Origin: an uncultured Eubacteriales bacterium
GTDB lineage: Bacteria; Bacillota; Clostridia; TANB77; CAG-508
Assembly: GCA_949287075.1 (NCBI GenBank)
Contig: CASEEU010000086.1
Span: forward strand, 204 to 64,203
DNA: 64,000 nucleotides
Direction of reading: 5' to 3'
Of this stretch, positions 18,610-28,364 are shown piece by piece. Below the pieces are notes generated by a model. That model was given only the letters and a program-made list of their open reading frames with translations. It ran no database searches and had not been told where the DNA came from. The stretch's first letter is position 1. Each line of letters opens with the position of its first letter. Made by a program: the position numbers and the translations under genes.

Positions 18610-20628
18610 ATGTTAGAAAATATAAACTCTCCAGAGGATTTGAAGAAACTAAATATTTTAGAAGAGCAAAAATTAGCAGAAGAAATCAGAAAATATATAC
18701 TAGAAATTGTATCGAAAAATGGTGGACATTTGGCTTCAAATTTGGGAGTAGTAGAATTAACATTAGCATTGCATAATGTGTTTGATTTAAAAAAAGATAA
18801 AATTGTATGGGATGTAGGGCATCAAACTTATGTACATAAAATTTTAACAGGAAGAAGAGAAGCGTTAAAAACATTAAGAACATTGAATGGATTGGCAGGT
18901 TTCCCAAAAACTAATGAATCACCATATGATTTCTTCAATACAGGACATAGTAGTACATCTATATCAGCAGCTTTAGGAATGGCAAGGGCTAGAGATTTAA
19001 AAGGAGAAAATTATTCTGTATTAGCTGTGATTGGTGATGGAGCTATGACTGGTGGCATGGCATTAGAAGCTTTAAATGATGTTGGATATAGTAAAACCAA
19101 AATGACAATTATATTAAATGATAATGAAATGAGTATTTCACCTAATATTGGTGGATTAAATATGTTGTTAAGTAAATTAAGAACAAAAAAGATGTATACA
19201 AGAACAAATATCATTATGAAAAATAGGATTAGCAAAATACCAGTTATTGGAAAACCAATTGTTAAAATTGTGCAAATCGTTAAAAGAAGTATCAAACAAT
19301 TAATCATTCCTAAAATGTTTTTTGAAGATATTGGTTTTACTTATTTAGGACCAGTAGATGGACATAATATAGAAGAATTACAAAGTATTTTGACATTAAG
19401 CAAACAGATTGATAATCCTGTATTAATTCATGTATTAACTAAAAAAGGAAAAGGCTATGAAATTGCAGAAAAAAATCCAGATAAATTTCACGCAACAGGA
19501 CCTTTTGATATTGAGACAGGAAAAAGTAAAAAAGAAAAAGGAAAAGACTATTCTAAAGTATTTGGAGATAAATTAGTAGAACTAGCAAAGAAAAACGAAA
19601 AGATTGTGGCCATTACAGCTTCTATGAAAGATGGAACAGGTCTTACCAAATTTAGTGAAGAATTTCCAGATAGATTTTTTGATATCGGAATTGCAGAACA
19701 ACATGCATTAGGATTGGCAGCAGGTATGGCAATGGATGGAATGATACCAGTTGTCCCTATCTATTCATCGTTTTATCAAAGGGCATATGACCAAGTGATT
19801 CATGATATTGCACTTCAAAATTTACCAGTGATTATGTGTGTGGATAGAGCAGGGATTGTTGGAGCAGATGGAGAAACACATCAAGGAACCTTAGATATGG
19901 CATTTTTTAGATTAGTTCCCAATTTAACAATCTTAGCACCTAAAGATTTTAAAGAATTAGAAGATATGTTAGCATTTGCAGTAGACTTGAAAAAGCCAGT
20001 GGTAATTCGATATCCAAGAGGGGGAGAAGATAAAGACCCATTTGAAAAACATGAAAACATAGAGGAAGGAAAAGCAGAAATCTTAAAAGAAGGAAAAGAT
20101 ATATCCATATTTACAATAGGAAAAACAGTTGCAAGAGGAATAAAAATTGCAAAAAAACTACAAAATATGGATATAGATGCAGAAGTAATCAATGTTAGAT
20201 TTTTAAAACCTTTAGATGAGGAAACATTAAAAAAATCTATGGAAAAAACGAAAAAAGTAATTACGATAGAAGATGGAACGATAATCAATGGGTTAGGTAC
20301 CGCTATAAAAGAATTGATAATAGATAATCATATGGAAGATGTAGAGGTAAAAGCCTATGCTTATCCAGATAAGTTTATTCAACATGGAAGTGTTGATGAA
20401 TTAGAAAACATATATCATTTAGATGAAGATGATATTGTAGAAAACATACAAAAACACATAGAATTAGAGTTGAATAAGAGAAATGAAGATGAAAAAGAAA
20501 CAGAAGAAATTTTAAATGAGAACAAAGAAAAGGATAAAAATGTAAAAGCAGAAGAGGTAAAGAAAAATAATAAACATAAAAATAAAAAGAATAAAAAAGT
20601 GAAAATAGGAGAGATGAAACATAAATGA
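18610..20628 (+). CDS. dxs: 1-deoxy-D-xylulose-5-phosphate synthase with a ~55-aa Lys/Glu-rich C-terminal tail
   Basis: GGHLASNLGVVELT, WDVGHQTY, GDGAMTGG (the TPP motif) and AEQHA. The tail reads ELELNKRNEDEKETEE...KKNNKHKNKKNKKVKIGEMKHK. Confidence 0.9.
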   Translation: MLENINSPEDLKKLNILEEQKLAEEIRKYILEIVSKNGGHLASNLGVVELTLALHNVFDLKKDKIVWDVGHQTYVHKILTGRREALKTLRTLNGLAGFPKTNESPYDFFNTGHSSTSISAALGMARARDLKGENYSVLAVIGDGAMTGGMALEALNDVGYSKTKMTIILNDNEMSISPNIGGLNMLLSKLRTKKMYTRTNIIMKNRISKIPVIGKPIVKIVQIVKRSIKQLIIPKMFFEDIGFTYLGPVDGHNIEELQSILTLSKQIDNPVLIHVLTKKGKGYEIAEKNPDKFHATGPFDIETGKSKKEKGKDYSKVFGDKLVELAKKNEKIVAITASMKDGTGLTKFSEEFPDRFFDIGIAEQHALGLAAGMAMDGMIPVVPIYSSFYQRAYDQVIHDIALQNLPVIMCVDRAGIVGADGETHQGTLDMAFFRLVPNLTILAPKDFKELEDMLAFAVDLKKPVVIRYPRGGEDKDPFEKHENIEEGKAEILKEGKDISIFTIGKTVARGIKIAKKLQNMDIDAEVINVRFLKPLDEETLKKSMEKTKKVITIEDGTIINGLGTAIKELIIDNHMEDVEVKAYAYPDKFIQHGSVDELENIYHLDEDDIVENIQKHIELELNKRNEDEKETEEILNENKEKDKNVKAEEVKKNNKHKNKKNKKVKIGEMKHK

Positions 20629-21428
20629 ATAAACAAGAACTGTTAAAAGATTACAAAAAGCAAGAAGATAAATTATGTTTGTCACAAGTATTAGACAAAA
20701 TAGAAATATCATTAAAAAGAGAAAAAATTGAATATACAGATTTTTTAGATATGTATCAAGTATCTTTAGTAGAAAACTTTTTAAGAAAAATACAATTTCA
20801 AAATTTTAAACTATATGGTGGATATGAAGATGCAGAAAGAAAGGTATTGATAACTTTTCCCGAGAAATTTGCTGATAATATGCTAGAAAAAAATTATGAT
20901 AAGATTTTAAAAGTTGTGAGAATACAATTACCAGAAGAAGAAAAAGGAAAATATTCACATAGAAACTATTTAGGTGGAATTGTGAAATTAGGATTGAAAA
21001 GAGAAAAAGTAGGAGATATTCTTGTGGGAGAAGAAGGGGCAGATATCATAACTGTTAGTGATTTCGCAGATGTTTTAAAAACACAATTACCATCTCTTAC
21101 AAGATTTGAAAATGCGAAGATAGAAATAGAAAAGATACAAAATGTAAGAAAGTTAGAAATAAAGGTAGAAGAAGTTAGCATTATTGTTCCATCTTTACGA
21201 TTAGACAATATCGTATCAGACCTAGCGAGAACCTCTAGAAGTAAAGCATCAGAAATTATTGCTCAAGAAAGAGTATTTGTAAATGGACAAAATGAAACTA
21301 AGAACTCAAAACAAGTAAAATGTGGAGATATCGTAACCATTAGAGGAAAAGGGAGATTTATTATTAAAGAATTTACAGGAACAACAAGAAGTGGAAGAAC
21401 TGTGGTATTAGTAGAAAAATATGTCTGA
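20625..21428 (+). CDS. ylmH: YlmH-like RNA-binding S4-domain protein
   Basis: The C-terminal S4 motif is RLDNIVSDLARTSRSKASEIIAQERVFVNGQ. The start overlaps the dxs stop (ATGA). Confidence 0.7.
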   Translation: MNKQELLKDYKKQEDKLCLSQVLDKIEISLKREKIEYTDFLDMYQVSLVENFLRKIQFQNFKLYGGYEDAERKVLITFPEKFADNMLEKNYDKILKVVRIQLPEEEKGKYSHRNYLGGIVKLGLKREKVGDILVGEEGADIITVSDFADVLKTQLPSLTRFENAKIEIEKIQNVRKLEIKVEEVSIIVPSLRLDNIVSDLARTSRSKASEIIAQERVFVNGQNETKNSKQVKCGDIVTIRGKGRFIIKEFTGTTRSGRTVVLVEKYV

Positions 21429-21434
21429 AACATT

Positions 21435-21480
21435 GGGAACGTGTCAAAATGGACTAAAAATGTCAAAAAGAGCCAGACCT
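21435..21480 (+). repeat. 3'-UTR element related to 62741..62781 (inverted copy)
   Basis: gggaacgtgtcaaaatggac here compares with the reverse complement gggacgtgtcaaaatggac at 62763..62781. The 16-nt identical core is acgtgtcaaaatggac. Similarity continues as tgtc(c)aaaa(a)g.g. Confidence 0.55.
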
Positions 21481-21511
21481 AAGATAATTAATTTGGGGGA
21501 TATAAAATTAT

Positions 21512-21545
21512 AAAATAGTCAATGATTTTCATTGACTATTTTTTC
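21512..21545. terminator. Hairpin overlapping the tsaB-rimI stop codon
   Basis: atagtcaatga / tcattgactat, a perfect 11-bp stem flanked by A-runs and T-runs. Confidence 0.65.
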
Positions 21546-22645
21546 ATAAGAATTGCATCATATTTGTTATCATAATATTGTTTCCTTCTGCCACATTCTT
21601 CAAAACCGAATTTTTGATATAAAGAAATCGCAGAAAAATTTTCTTCATTGACTTCAAGATGAATTGTTTTAATACCTTTTTCTTTGCAAATAGTAAGGAT
21701 GTGATTTAGTAACAAAGTAGCAATTCCTTGCCTTCTATAATCTATTTTTACAGCAATATTCATAATATCTGCTTCATCTAATATGATTTTTATTCCAGCA
21801 AATCCAACTAATTTATTTTCTAATTTTGCACAGATAAATTGAGAAGTTTCACTTGTTAATTCATCTTTTAAAATATCCATATTCCAGAAATCATCAAAAT
21901 CAGAAATATCTAAATTTTCTATATCAGTAATGTTCATATTTTCAATAATCATATTTTTTCCTTCTAATTGTCTTTGTGCCTGAGGCTTTTTTAAATAAAG
22001 AGGAAGAAGGTTTTTATCTTCACCTAATTGTGTATATTTAGTGACTCCAGCAATTCCTAAAGCATAGACATCAACAGTCTCCAAGCTAACATTGTCAGAT
22101 AAAATAAAATTGGATGAACCTGTTTCAATCTTGTCTTTATATACTTCACAAGCATCTCCTACAAAAGTAATGGTAGAATTTGTATATTTATAATTTAAAA
22201 AAGTTAAACAATTTTCAACACTATCTGCTTTAGGACTTTCTAACAAAGTATATTGACTATTTTCTAATTGATATACAGCATAATAGCAATTATCATTTTT
22301 ACAATCAATCATACTACAAATGATGCCATTTGTTTTTATAGAATAAGCCAATCCTTCAAGAGAAGAAATACCAACAGCAGGAATATCCAAACTATCTGAA
22401 AAAGCTTTAACAGTAGCAACTCCAATACGAATGCCAGTAAAAGAACCAGGCCCAATATCACAAACCAATAAATCCATTTGAGATAAAGTTAAATTGGTTT
22501 CTTCTAATATTTGTTTAATAAGTGGCATTAAAGTTTCTGAATGTGTTAATCCATTATTCAATTCTATTTTTTTTATTAAATTTTTATCTTCTAATATTGC
22601 AACACTACATATTTTGCTAGAAGTTTCTATACCTAATACTTTCAA
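21536..22645 (-). CDS. tsaB: Fusion protein: TsaB (t6A biosynthesis) N-terminal domain + RimI-type GNAT acetyltransferase C-terminal domain
   Basis: Residues 1-231 read MKVLGIETSSKICSVAIL...GPGSFTGIRIG (TsaB). From Met232 (ATG at 21952, preceded by AGAAGGA) the sequence is MIIENM...RRQGIATLLL...LEVNEENFSAISLYQKFGF (GNAT/RimI). There is no stop codon between the domains. Confidence 0.8.
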   Translation of the reverse strand: MKVLGIETSSKICSVAILEDKNLIKKIELNNGLTHSETLMPLIKQILEETNLTLSQMDLLVCDIGPGSFTGIRIGVATVKAFSDSLDIPAVGISSLEGLAYSIKTNGIICSMIDCKNDNCYYAVYQLENSQYTLLESPKADSVENCLTFLNYKYTNSTITFVGDACEVYKDKIETGSSNFILSDNVSLETVDVYALGIAGVTKYTQLGEDKNLLPLYLKKPQAQRQLEGKNMIIENMNITDIENLDISDFDDFWNMDILKDELTSETSQFICAKLENKLVGFAGIKIILDEADIMNIAVKIDYRRQGIATLLLNHILTICKEKGIKTIHLEVNEENFSAISLYQKFGFEECGRRKQYYDNKYDAILMKK

Positions 22646-22646
22646 T

Positions 22647-23114
22647 CTAATCCTCCAACTTATTTAATAATTCATCATATTTTTCACCATAAGAAGTGAT
22701 ATTTAAAATTCTAGTATTTTCATCAACATCATTTCTTTCAAATTGGATATGTATATAGTCTTTTGGAAGAGCATCTTGAATAATTTCTCCCCATTCAATA
22801 ATACAAATTCCATTATCAAAATATTCTTCCCCACCAATGGCATAAAATTCAAAAGAATCTTCTAAACGATACACATCAAAGTGGAAAATTTTTGTATCAT
22901 CTTTTATATATTCATTAACGATGGTGAATGTAGGGCTAGAGATTTCATCTTCTAATCCGTAATATGTCAAAATACCTTCTGTTAATTTTGTTTTTCCTGA
23001 ACCTAATTCTCCTGTTAAAACAATAGTGTCACCTTTTTGTAAGAAACTAGCTAATGTTTTTCCAAAATCTAATGTTTCTTTCTCGTTATGAGATACTAAT
23101 TTTATATGTTTCAT
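22647..23114 (-). CDS. tsaE: tRNA t6A biosynthesis ATPase TsaE
   Basis: GELGSGKTKLTEGI, SPTFTIVNEY, and HFDVYRL. Confidence 0.85.
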   Translation of the reverse strand: MKHIKLVSHNEKETLDFGKTLASFLQKGDTIVLTGELGSGKTKLTEGILTYYGLEDEISSPTFTIVNEYIKDDTKIFHFDVYRLEDSFEFYAIGGEEYFDNGICIIEWGEIIQDALPKDYIHIQFERNDVDENTRILNITSYGEKYDELLNKLED

Positions 23115-23278
23115 AATATACCTCTAAACTTATATTTTCAAGCAATATTATACTATACAATTAAAGATTTTACAATGCGTGTTTATTACATTTCTATGAC
23201 ATTCAAAAAAAATGTTGAAAAAAGTCTTTTGTTCATATATAATAAAATTGTATGAGAATTTAACAAAGGAGGAAGCAT

Positions 23279-24082
23279 ATGGATACATTTGCTAATTACA
23301 TTTTAGACGAACAAGATATGGCTTCTAAAATGGAAATTACATACTATTTAGCAAAAAAGGCAAGAGTATTCTTTGACAAATCTGTTGTGTTTAAAACAGA
23401 AATAGCAAGAATGTTTGTAGACTATATGAAAATAGATGTAGATAAAAACTTAATTATAACTGCTTGTCTATTATGTAATTGTAAAAAAGTAGACAATGCT
23501 CAAGACATAGAAAAAATTCATTCATATGCAAAAGAAGGAGCAGATTATTTATTAACTTTAGGGTTTGACAGAAGATTTTGTAAAATATGTGAAGAAATTA
23601 ATCGATATAGTAATAGTAATCCGAGAGAAAGAGAAAGTGATGTATTAGAGTTAGTAGATCAATTTGGAGGAATGTTATTAGATAGACCAGAAAGAATTGG
23701 ATTTCAACCAGATGAAGCGATGGTGTTATTAGAACATAGAAATTTAAAAGATCAATATAATCGATTTTTACATACATTTGGAGAATTTGTTCAAATGATG
23801 GAACAAATAGAATTAAATGATTTAACTTCTATGAAATCTTTAAGAAGATTAGTAAAAATGCATAATGAATCAGAAAATATAAAAACTTTTATTAAAAAAG
23901 TATGTTATGAATATGAACCTAAAATAGATAAAGCAGTAGAAAATTATAGAAAAGAAATAAAAGGCGAAATGTTTAAAGATGCCAACAGACCATTATTTAG
24001 TGAAGAAACAACAAGAAAAATATTGGCACATATAGCAGAAGAAAATATGCAAGGTGAAAAATTAAAAAATGAAAATCAATAA
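23279..24082 (+). CDS. Hypothetical protein (all-helical, degenerate HD-domain-like?)
   Basis: 267-aa ORF with RBS AAGGAGG. I recognised no confident motif. Confidence 0.45.
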   Translation: MDTFANYILDEQDMASKMEITYYLAKKARVFFDKSVVFKTEIARMFVDYMKIDVDKNLIITACLLCNCKKVDNAQDIEKIHSYAKEGADYLLTLGFDRRFCKICEEINRYSNSNPRERESDVLELVDQFGGMLLDRPERIGFQPDEAMVLLEHRNLKDQYNRFLHTFGEFVQMMEQIELNDLTSMKSLRRLVKMHNESENIKTFIKKVCYEYEPKIDKAVENYRKEIKGEMFKDANRPLFSEETTRKILAHIAEENMQGEKLKNENQ

Positions 24083-24089
24083 TTTTAAG

Positions 24090-24112
24090 GCGAGCATAGC
24101 TCGCTAATTTTT
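24090..24112 (+). terminator. Short GC hairpin terminator
   Basis: gcgagc-ata-gctcgc followed by taattttt. Confidence 0.55.
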
Positions 24113-24119
24113 CTATATT

Positions 24120-24229
24120 CTTAGGAAAGTCATCCCATGAAATGGGTGAGTTTCCTTAGAAGATAGATATGGAAGAGTTAGATTTTCTTGTGCGACTTTG
24201 TCGCTTAGAAAATCTTAGTCTTGTTTTTT
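24120..24229 (+). promoter_or_regulatory. Structured leader upstream of the EndoQ-like gene: a long imperfect hairpin plus a terminator-like hairpin
   Basis: Hairpin A spans 24120..24159 (cttaggaaagtcatcccat / atgggtgagtttccttag). Hairpin B spans 24180..24216 (agattttct..gcgac-ttt-gtcgc..agaaaatct) and is followed by tagtcttgtttttt, about 10 nt before the RBS. Confidence 0.4.
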
Positions 24230-24246
24230 AGAAAAGAGGTATTAAA

Positions 24247-25434
24247 ATGTACGAAATATTTGCAGATTTACATGTACACATAGGAAGAAGTGAAAATGGA
24301 AAACCAATCAAAATAACAGCAGCAAGATCTTTAAATTTTGCAAACATTGCAAAAGAATGTGCTCAAAAGAAAGGGATTCATGTTGTAGGAATTATTGATT
24401 GTGCATCACCATATGTGATAGAAGATATAGAGAATTTCTTAAAAACAGGAGATGCCTATGAATTAAAAGATGGAGGTATTATTTATAAAGATAAAGTTTG
24501 TATACTTTTAGGAAGCGAAGTAGAAACTTCAGAAGAAGGAAGAAATGGAAAAAAAGGTGCAGCACATAATATTTGTTTCTTTCCACATTTAACAGATATC
24601 AAAGGATTTTCAAATGAACTAAGTCATCATTTAAAAAATATTACCTTAAGTACCCAAAGGTCTGATTTATCAGGCTATGATTTAATTGATATGGTAGAAA
24701 GATATAATGGAATTTTAATACCTGCCCATATTTTTACACCACATAAAAGCTATTATGGAAATTGTACTGATAGATTACAATATATATTTAAAGAAAAATA
24801 TGATAAAATATTTGCAGTAGAATTAGGATTAAGTTCAGATACTTATTTAGCAGATATGATTTCAGAATTAGAGAATAAAACTTTTGTTACAAATTCAGAT
24901 GCACATTCTTTACCTAAGATTGCAAGAGAATACAATAAAATGCAAGTAGAAGATATTTCATTTAAGGAAATTGTAAAAGCTTTAAAAAATGAAGATGGAA
25001 GAAAAGTAGTGGCCAATTATGGATTAGATCCCAAACTTGGAAAATATCATAGAACGTATTGTGATGATTGTGAAAAAGCAATAGAAACAAAAGAACCAGT
25101 AGAAGTTTGCCCATATTGTGGTGGAAAAAATGTAACTTTTGGTGTTTTTGATAGAATTGAATTAATTCGTGATAAACAAGAATCTAAAAGCCCAGAAAAT
25201 AGACCACCATATGTGTATCAAATTCCTTTAGGATTTATTCCAGGAGTTGGTGGAAAAACGATTACTAAATTATTAGATACCTTTGATACAGAAATGAATA
25301 TTCTTCACAAATTATCAAAAGATGATATAGAAGCAGTTGTCGGAGAAAAAATTGCCAATACAATTGAAAAAGCCAGAAATGGAGAGTGTAAAGTACAATC
25401 TGGTGGGGGTGGAAACTACGGAAAGGTAGTTTAA
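24247..25434 (+). CDS. Endonuclease Q-like protein (PHP-type N-domain + Zn-ribbon)
   Basis: ADLHVHIG, PAHIFTP, ELGLSSDTYLADM, TNSDAHS, GLDPKLGKYH, the CxxC...CxxC ribbon, RPPYVYQIPL and SGGGGNYGKV. These are collinear with my memory of archaeal EndoQ. Confidence 0.7.
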   Translation: MYEIFADLHVHIGRSENGKPIKITAARSLNFANIAKECAQKKGIHVVGIIDCASPYVIEDIENFLKTGDAYELKDGGIIYKDKVCILLGSEVETSEEGRNGKKGAAHNICFFPHLTDIKGFSNELSHHLKNITLSTQRSDLSGYDLIDMVERYNGILIPAHIFTPHKSYYGNCTDRLQYIFKEKYDKIFAVELGLSSDTYLADMISELENKTFVTNSDAHSLPKIAREYNKMQVEDISFKEIVKALKNEDGRKVVANYGLDPKLGKYHRTYCDDCEKAIETKEPVEVCPYCGGKNVTFGVFDRIELIRDKQESKSPENRPPYVYQIPLGFIPGVGGKTITKLLDTFDTEMNILHKLSKDDIEAVVGEKIANTIEKARNGECKVQSGGGGNYGKVV

Positions 25435-25566
25435 TCGTTATAATTTACAATATTATCTTTAGAAAGACAGGATATTTTTGAATTATCATATGTTATATTA
25501 TAAAAAAATAGTTCTATAAATCTTCTTATCGAATACACATTATGTATAAACGATAAGGAGATTTTT

Positions 25567-26205
25567 ATGAGAGAAAAGAGACAACTTAAAGTATTAAAAA
25601 TAATTAAGGAACATGTGATAAACAATAAAAAAGAATATGTTATCACTTTTCTGATATTTGTTATGGGGATATTTAGTGGTGTTTTTTTTATCAATCATTT
25701 GCAAGAAACACCTAAGATAGAAATAACAAATTATTTAAATGAATTTATAGAAAAATTTAAAGGGCTAGAAAGCATAAACTGTATAGAATTGCTAAAAAAT
25801 TCAATGATACAAAATACAGGATTAGCAGTTATTATTTGGTTTTTTGGAACAACTGTTATTGGAATTCCTATTGTTTTTGCTATTATTCTATACCGAGGAT
25901 TTTGCTTAGGATATACGATTTCACTATGTATTACGATTATGGGAACAGGAAAGGGGATTAGCTTTGTATTTATAACGTTATTGTTGCAAAATATTTTATT
26001 AATTCCTGCTATTTTGGCATTAGCAGTAAGTGGAATAAAATTATATAAATCAATTGTAAAGAATAAGACGAAGGAAAATGTCAAAATAGAAATATTAAGG
26101 CATACCATATTTTCTACAATTATGTTAATTATACTAATTACTGCATCTGTTGTAGAAATATTTATGTCTACGAATTTACTAAAAATGCTTATTAAATATT
26201 TTTAA
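25567..26205 (+). CDS. spoIIM: Stage II sporulation protein M
   Basis: 212-aa polytopic membrane protein with the typical N-terminus (charged lead, then ITFLIFVMGIFSGVFFINH). It sits upstream of xerD. Confidence 0.7.
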   Translation: MREKRQLKVLKIIKEHVINNKKEYVITFLIFVMGIFSGVFFINHLQETPKIEITNYLNEFIEKFKGLESINCIELLKNSMIQNTGLAVIIWFFGTTVIGIPIVFAIILYRGFCLGYTISLCITIMGTGKGISFVFITLLLQNILLIPAILALAVSGIKLYKSIVKNKTKENVKIEILRHTIFSTIMLIILITASVVEIFMSTNLLKMLIKYF

Positions 26206-26304
26206 AAAATATCAAAAAATGTATTTACTTTTTTTTAATAGTTTGATATAACATATATAGTTTATGTAAATATAATTCAAAATATATAGAGGTAGGGGAA
26301 AAAA

Positions 26305-27186
26305 ATGGAGAGACAATTAAAATTCTTTTTTAACTTTTTAGAGAATGATAAAAAATTATCAGATAATACGTTACAATCATACAAAAGAGATTTAAAGCAA
26401 TTTAGAAAATACTTAGAGGAAAATGGAATTCACTATAATAGAGTAAAAGAAGAAGATATTGAAGATTACATAAAAATTCTACAAGATCAAGGAAAAAAAG
26501 CATCAAGTATTTCTAGATGTATTGCATCAATACGTTCATTCTATCAATTTGTATTAAAAAATAAGAAAATTAAAGTAGATCCAACGACAAATATTAAGTC
26601 TCCTAAAATAGAAAAAAGAACACCAAATGTATTAACAGCCAAAGAAGTAGAATTATTGCTAAAACAACCAGATAATGTAGACTTAAAAGGAATCAGAGAT
26701 AAAGCAATGTTAGAGTTTGCTTATGCTACAGGAATGAGAGTAACAGAAATTATTTCTTTAAATATAGATGATGTTAACTTAGAAGAAGCTTATGTCATTT
26801 GCAAAAGTGGAAATAAACAAAGAATTATACCATTAGGATCAATGTCATTAAAAGCTTTAAAAGAATATATTGAAGAAGCAAGAGGAATCTTAATAAAAAA
26901 TGAAGATGAAAAAGCACTATTTGTTAATGTGAATGGTGGAAGGCTTACAAGACAAGGATTTTGGAAAATTATTAAATTCTATAAAGAACAAGCACATATT
27001 ACAAAAGATATTACACCACATGTTTTAAGACATTCATTTGCAACACATTTACTACAAAATGGTGCAGATTTAAGAGCCATTCAAACGATGCTTGGACATT
27101 CAGATATATCTTCTACACAAGTATATATGCAATTTCAAGATGAAGGATTAAGAGATATTTATAAAAAAGCACATCCAAGAGCTTAG
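26305..27186 (+). CDS. xerD: Tyrosine recombinase XerD (XerC/D family)
   Basis: The N-terminal SAM-like domain reads LSDNTLQSYKRDL. The catalytic motifs are ATGMRVTE, HVLRHSFATHLL and LGHSDISSTQVY. Confidence 0.8.
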   Translation: MERQLKFFFNFLENDKKLSDNTLQSYKRDLKQFRKYLEENGIHYNRVKEEDIEDYIKILQDQGKKASSISRCIASIRSFYQFVLKNKKIKVDPTTNIKSPKIEKRTPNVLTAKEVELLLKQPDNVDLKGIRDKAMLEFAYATGMRVTEIISLNIDDVNLEEAYVICKSGNKQRIIPLGSMSLKALKEYIEEARGILIKNEDEKALFVNVNGGRLTRQGFWKIIKFYKEQAHITKDITPHVLRHSFATHLLQNGADLRAIQTMLGHSDISSTQVYMQFQDEGLRDIYKKAHPRA

Positions 27187-27195
27187 ATAAAAATG

Positions 27196-27226
27196 AACAG
27201 CTATTACCAATATAGCTGTTTTTTTG
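27196..27226 (+). terminator. Intrinsic terminator of xerD
   Basis: aacagctat / atagctgtt stem followed by ttttttt. Confidence 0.7.
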
Positions 27227-27377
27227 TTATATAATATTTATCATTTTTAAAAAAGGAAATACTTGTATATATAATAAAAGATATGGTAAAATATCATGTA
27301 TGAGAAAAGCAAGTGTTAACGAAATCAAAGATTTCGATTACAATTGAAAACAATAGCAAAAAGAAAAGGTGGAAGAA

Positions 27378-28274
27378 ATGAAAAAATCAATCATACTAAG
27401 AATAATTGTAGTAGGTGTGGTTCTATGTCTTTGCATTTTAGCTTTAACGATAGCATATTTTTTTAATACAGATATTGAGACAAGAGAACCAAAACAAATT
27501 ATAGAAGAATGTGAAATACATACATATACATATAGAGAAAGAAATGTCTTTACAGTTACCCCAAAGGATGCAGAACAAAGTGATAATAAGAAATATATAG
27601 TATATTTTCATGGAGGTTCTTATGTAGCAGAAGCCACACAAAACCATTGGGCATTTTTAGAAAACATTGTAAAAGATACAGGATATACAGTGATTATGCC
27701 AGATTATCCATTAACACCAAAATACAATTATCAAGATGTATATCATATGGTAGAACCATTATATCAAGAAATTATAGAAAAAATTGGGAATGAAAATGTT
27801 ATCCTAATGGGAGATTCAGCAGGAGGGGGATTAGCACTTGGATTATATGAAAAGATGGCAAAAGAAAGTGTAGCACTTCCTGGAAAAACTGTTTTAATTT
27901 CTCCATGGTTAGATGTAAGATTAGAAAATGAAAAGATTCAAGAAATAGAAAAACAAGATACTATTTTAAATAAGGAAGCCCTACGACTAGCAGGTATTGC
28001 TTATGCAGGAGCTGATGGAATCAATAGTTACTTAGTAAATCCAATTGATGGAGATGTGTCTACATTACAAAATATAAAAATATTCATTGGAAGAGATGAT
28101 ATATTAAATCCAGACTGTCATTTGTTAAAAGAAAAAGCAGATGCTGTAAATGGTGATGTAGAAATCAATGAATATGAAAATGCAAAACATATTTGGATTA
28201 TTGATCATAATTCTGAGGAGAAAATCACAAAGCAAGCATATAATGATGTTATAGAAGAATTGAAAGATGATTAA
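27378..28274 (+). CDS. Membrane-anchored alpha/beta hydrolase (esterase/lipase, HGG-type)
   Basis: An N-terminal TM helix, the oxyanion motif YFHGGSY, and the nucleophile elbow GDSAGG. Confidence 0.7.
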   Translation: MKKSIILRIIVVGVVLCLCILALTIAYFFNTDIETREPKQIIEECEIHTYTYRERNVFTVTPKDAEQSDNKKYIVYFHGGSYVAEATQNHWAFLENIVKDTGYTVIMPDYPLTPKYNYQDVYHMVEPLYQEIIEKIGNENVILMGDSAGGGLALGLYEKMAKESVALPGKTVLISPWLDVRLENEKIQEIEKQDTILNKEALRLAGIAYAGADGINSYLVNPIDGDVSTLQNIKIFIGRDDILNPDCHLLKEKADAVNGDVEINEYENAKHIWIIDHNSEEKITKQAYNDVIEELKDD

Positions 28275-28364
28275 GGAGAGAAGTTGAAAATGATTACAAT
28301 CTAGGTTGTAGAAAAACTTTAATTTTCCAACCGAATTGATGCCTTTGAGAGGAATGGTAATAAA

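Noticed and set aside
25431-25694. An 87-aa minus-strand ORF between the EndoQ-like gene and spoIIM.
   Set aside because: It overlaps the spoIIM start, and has no RBS and no motif. It is probably spurious.
26305-27186. A tyrosine recombinase considered as the integrase of a mobile element.
   Set aside because: Its size, motifs and position next to spoIIM fit chromosomal XerD. There are no flanking att-like repeats or phage or ICE genes.
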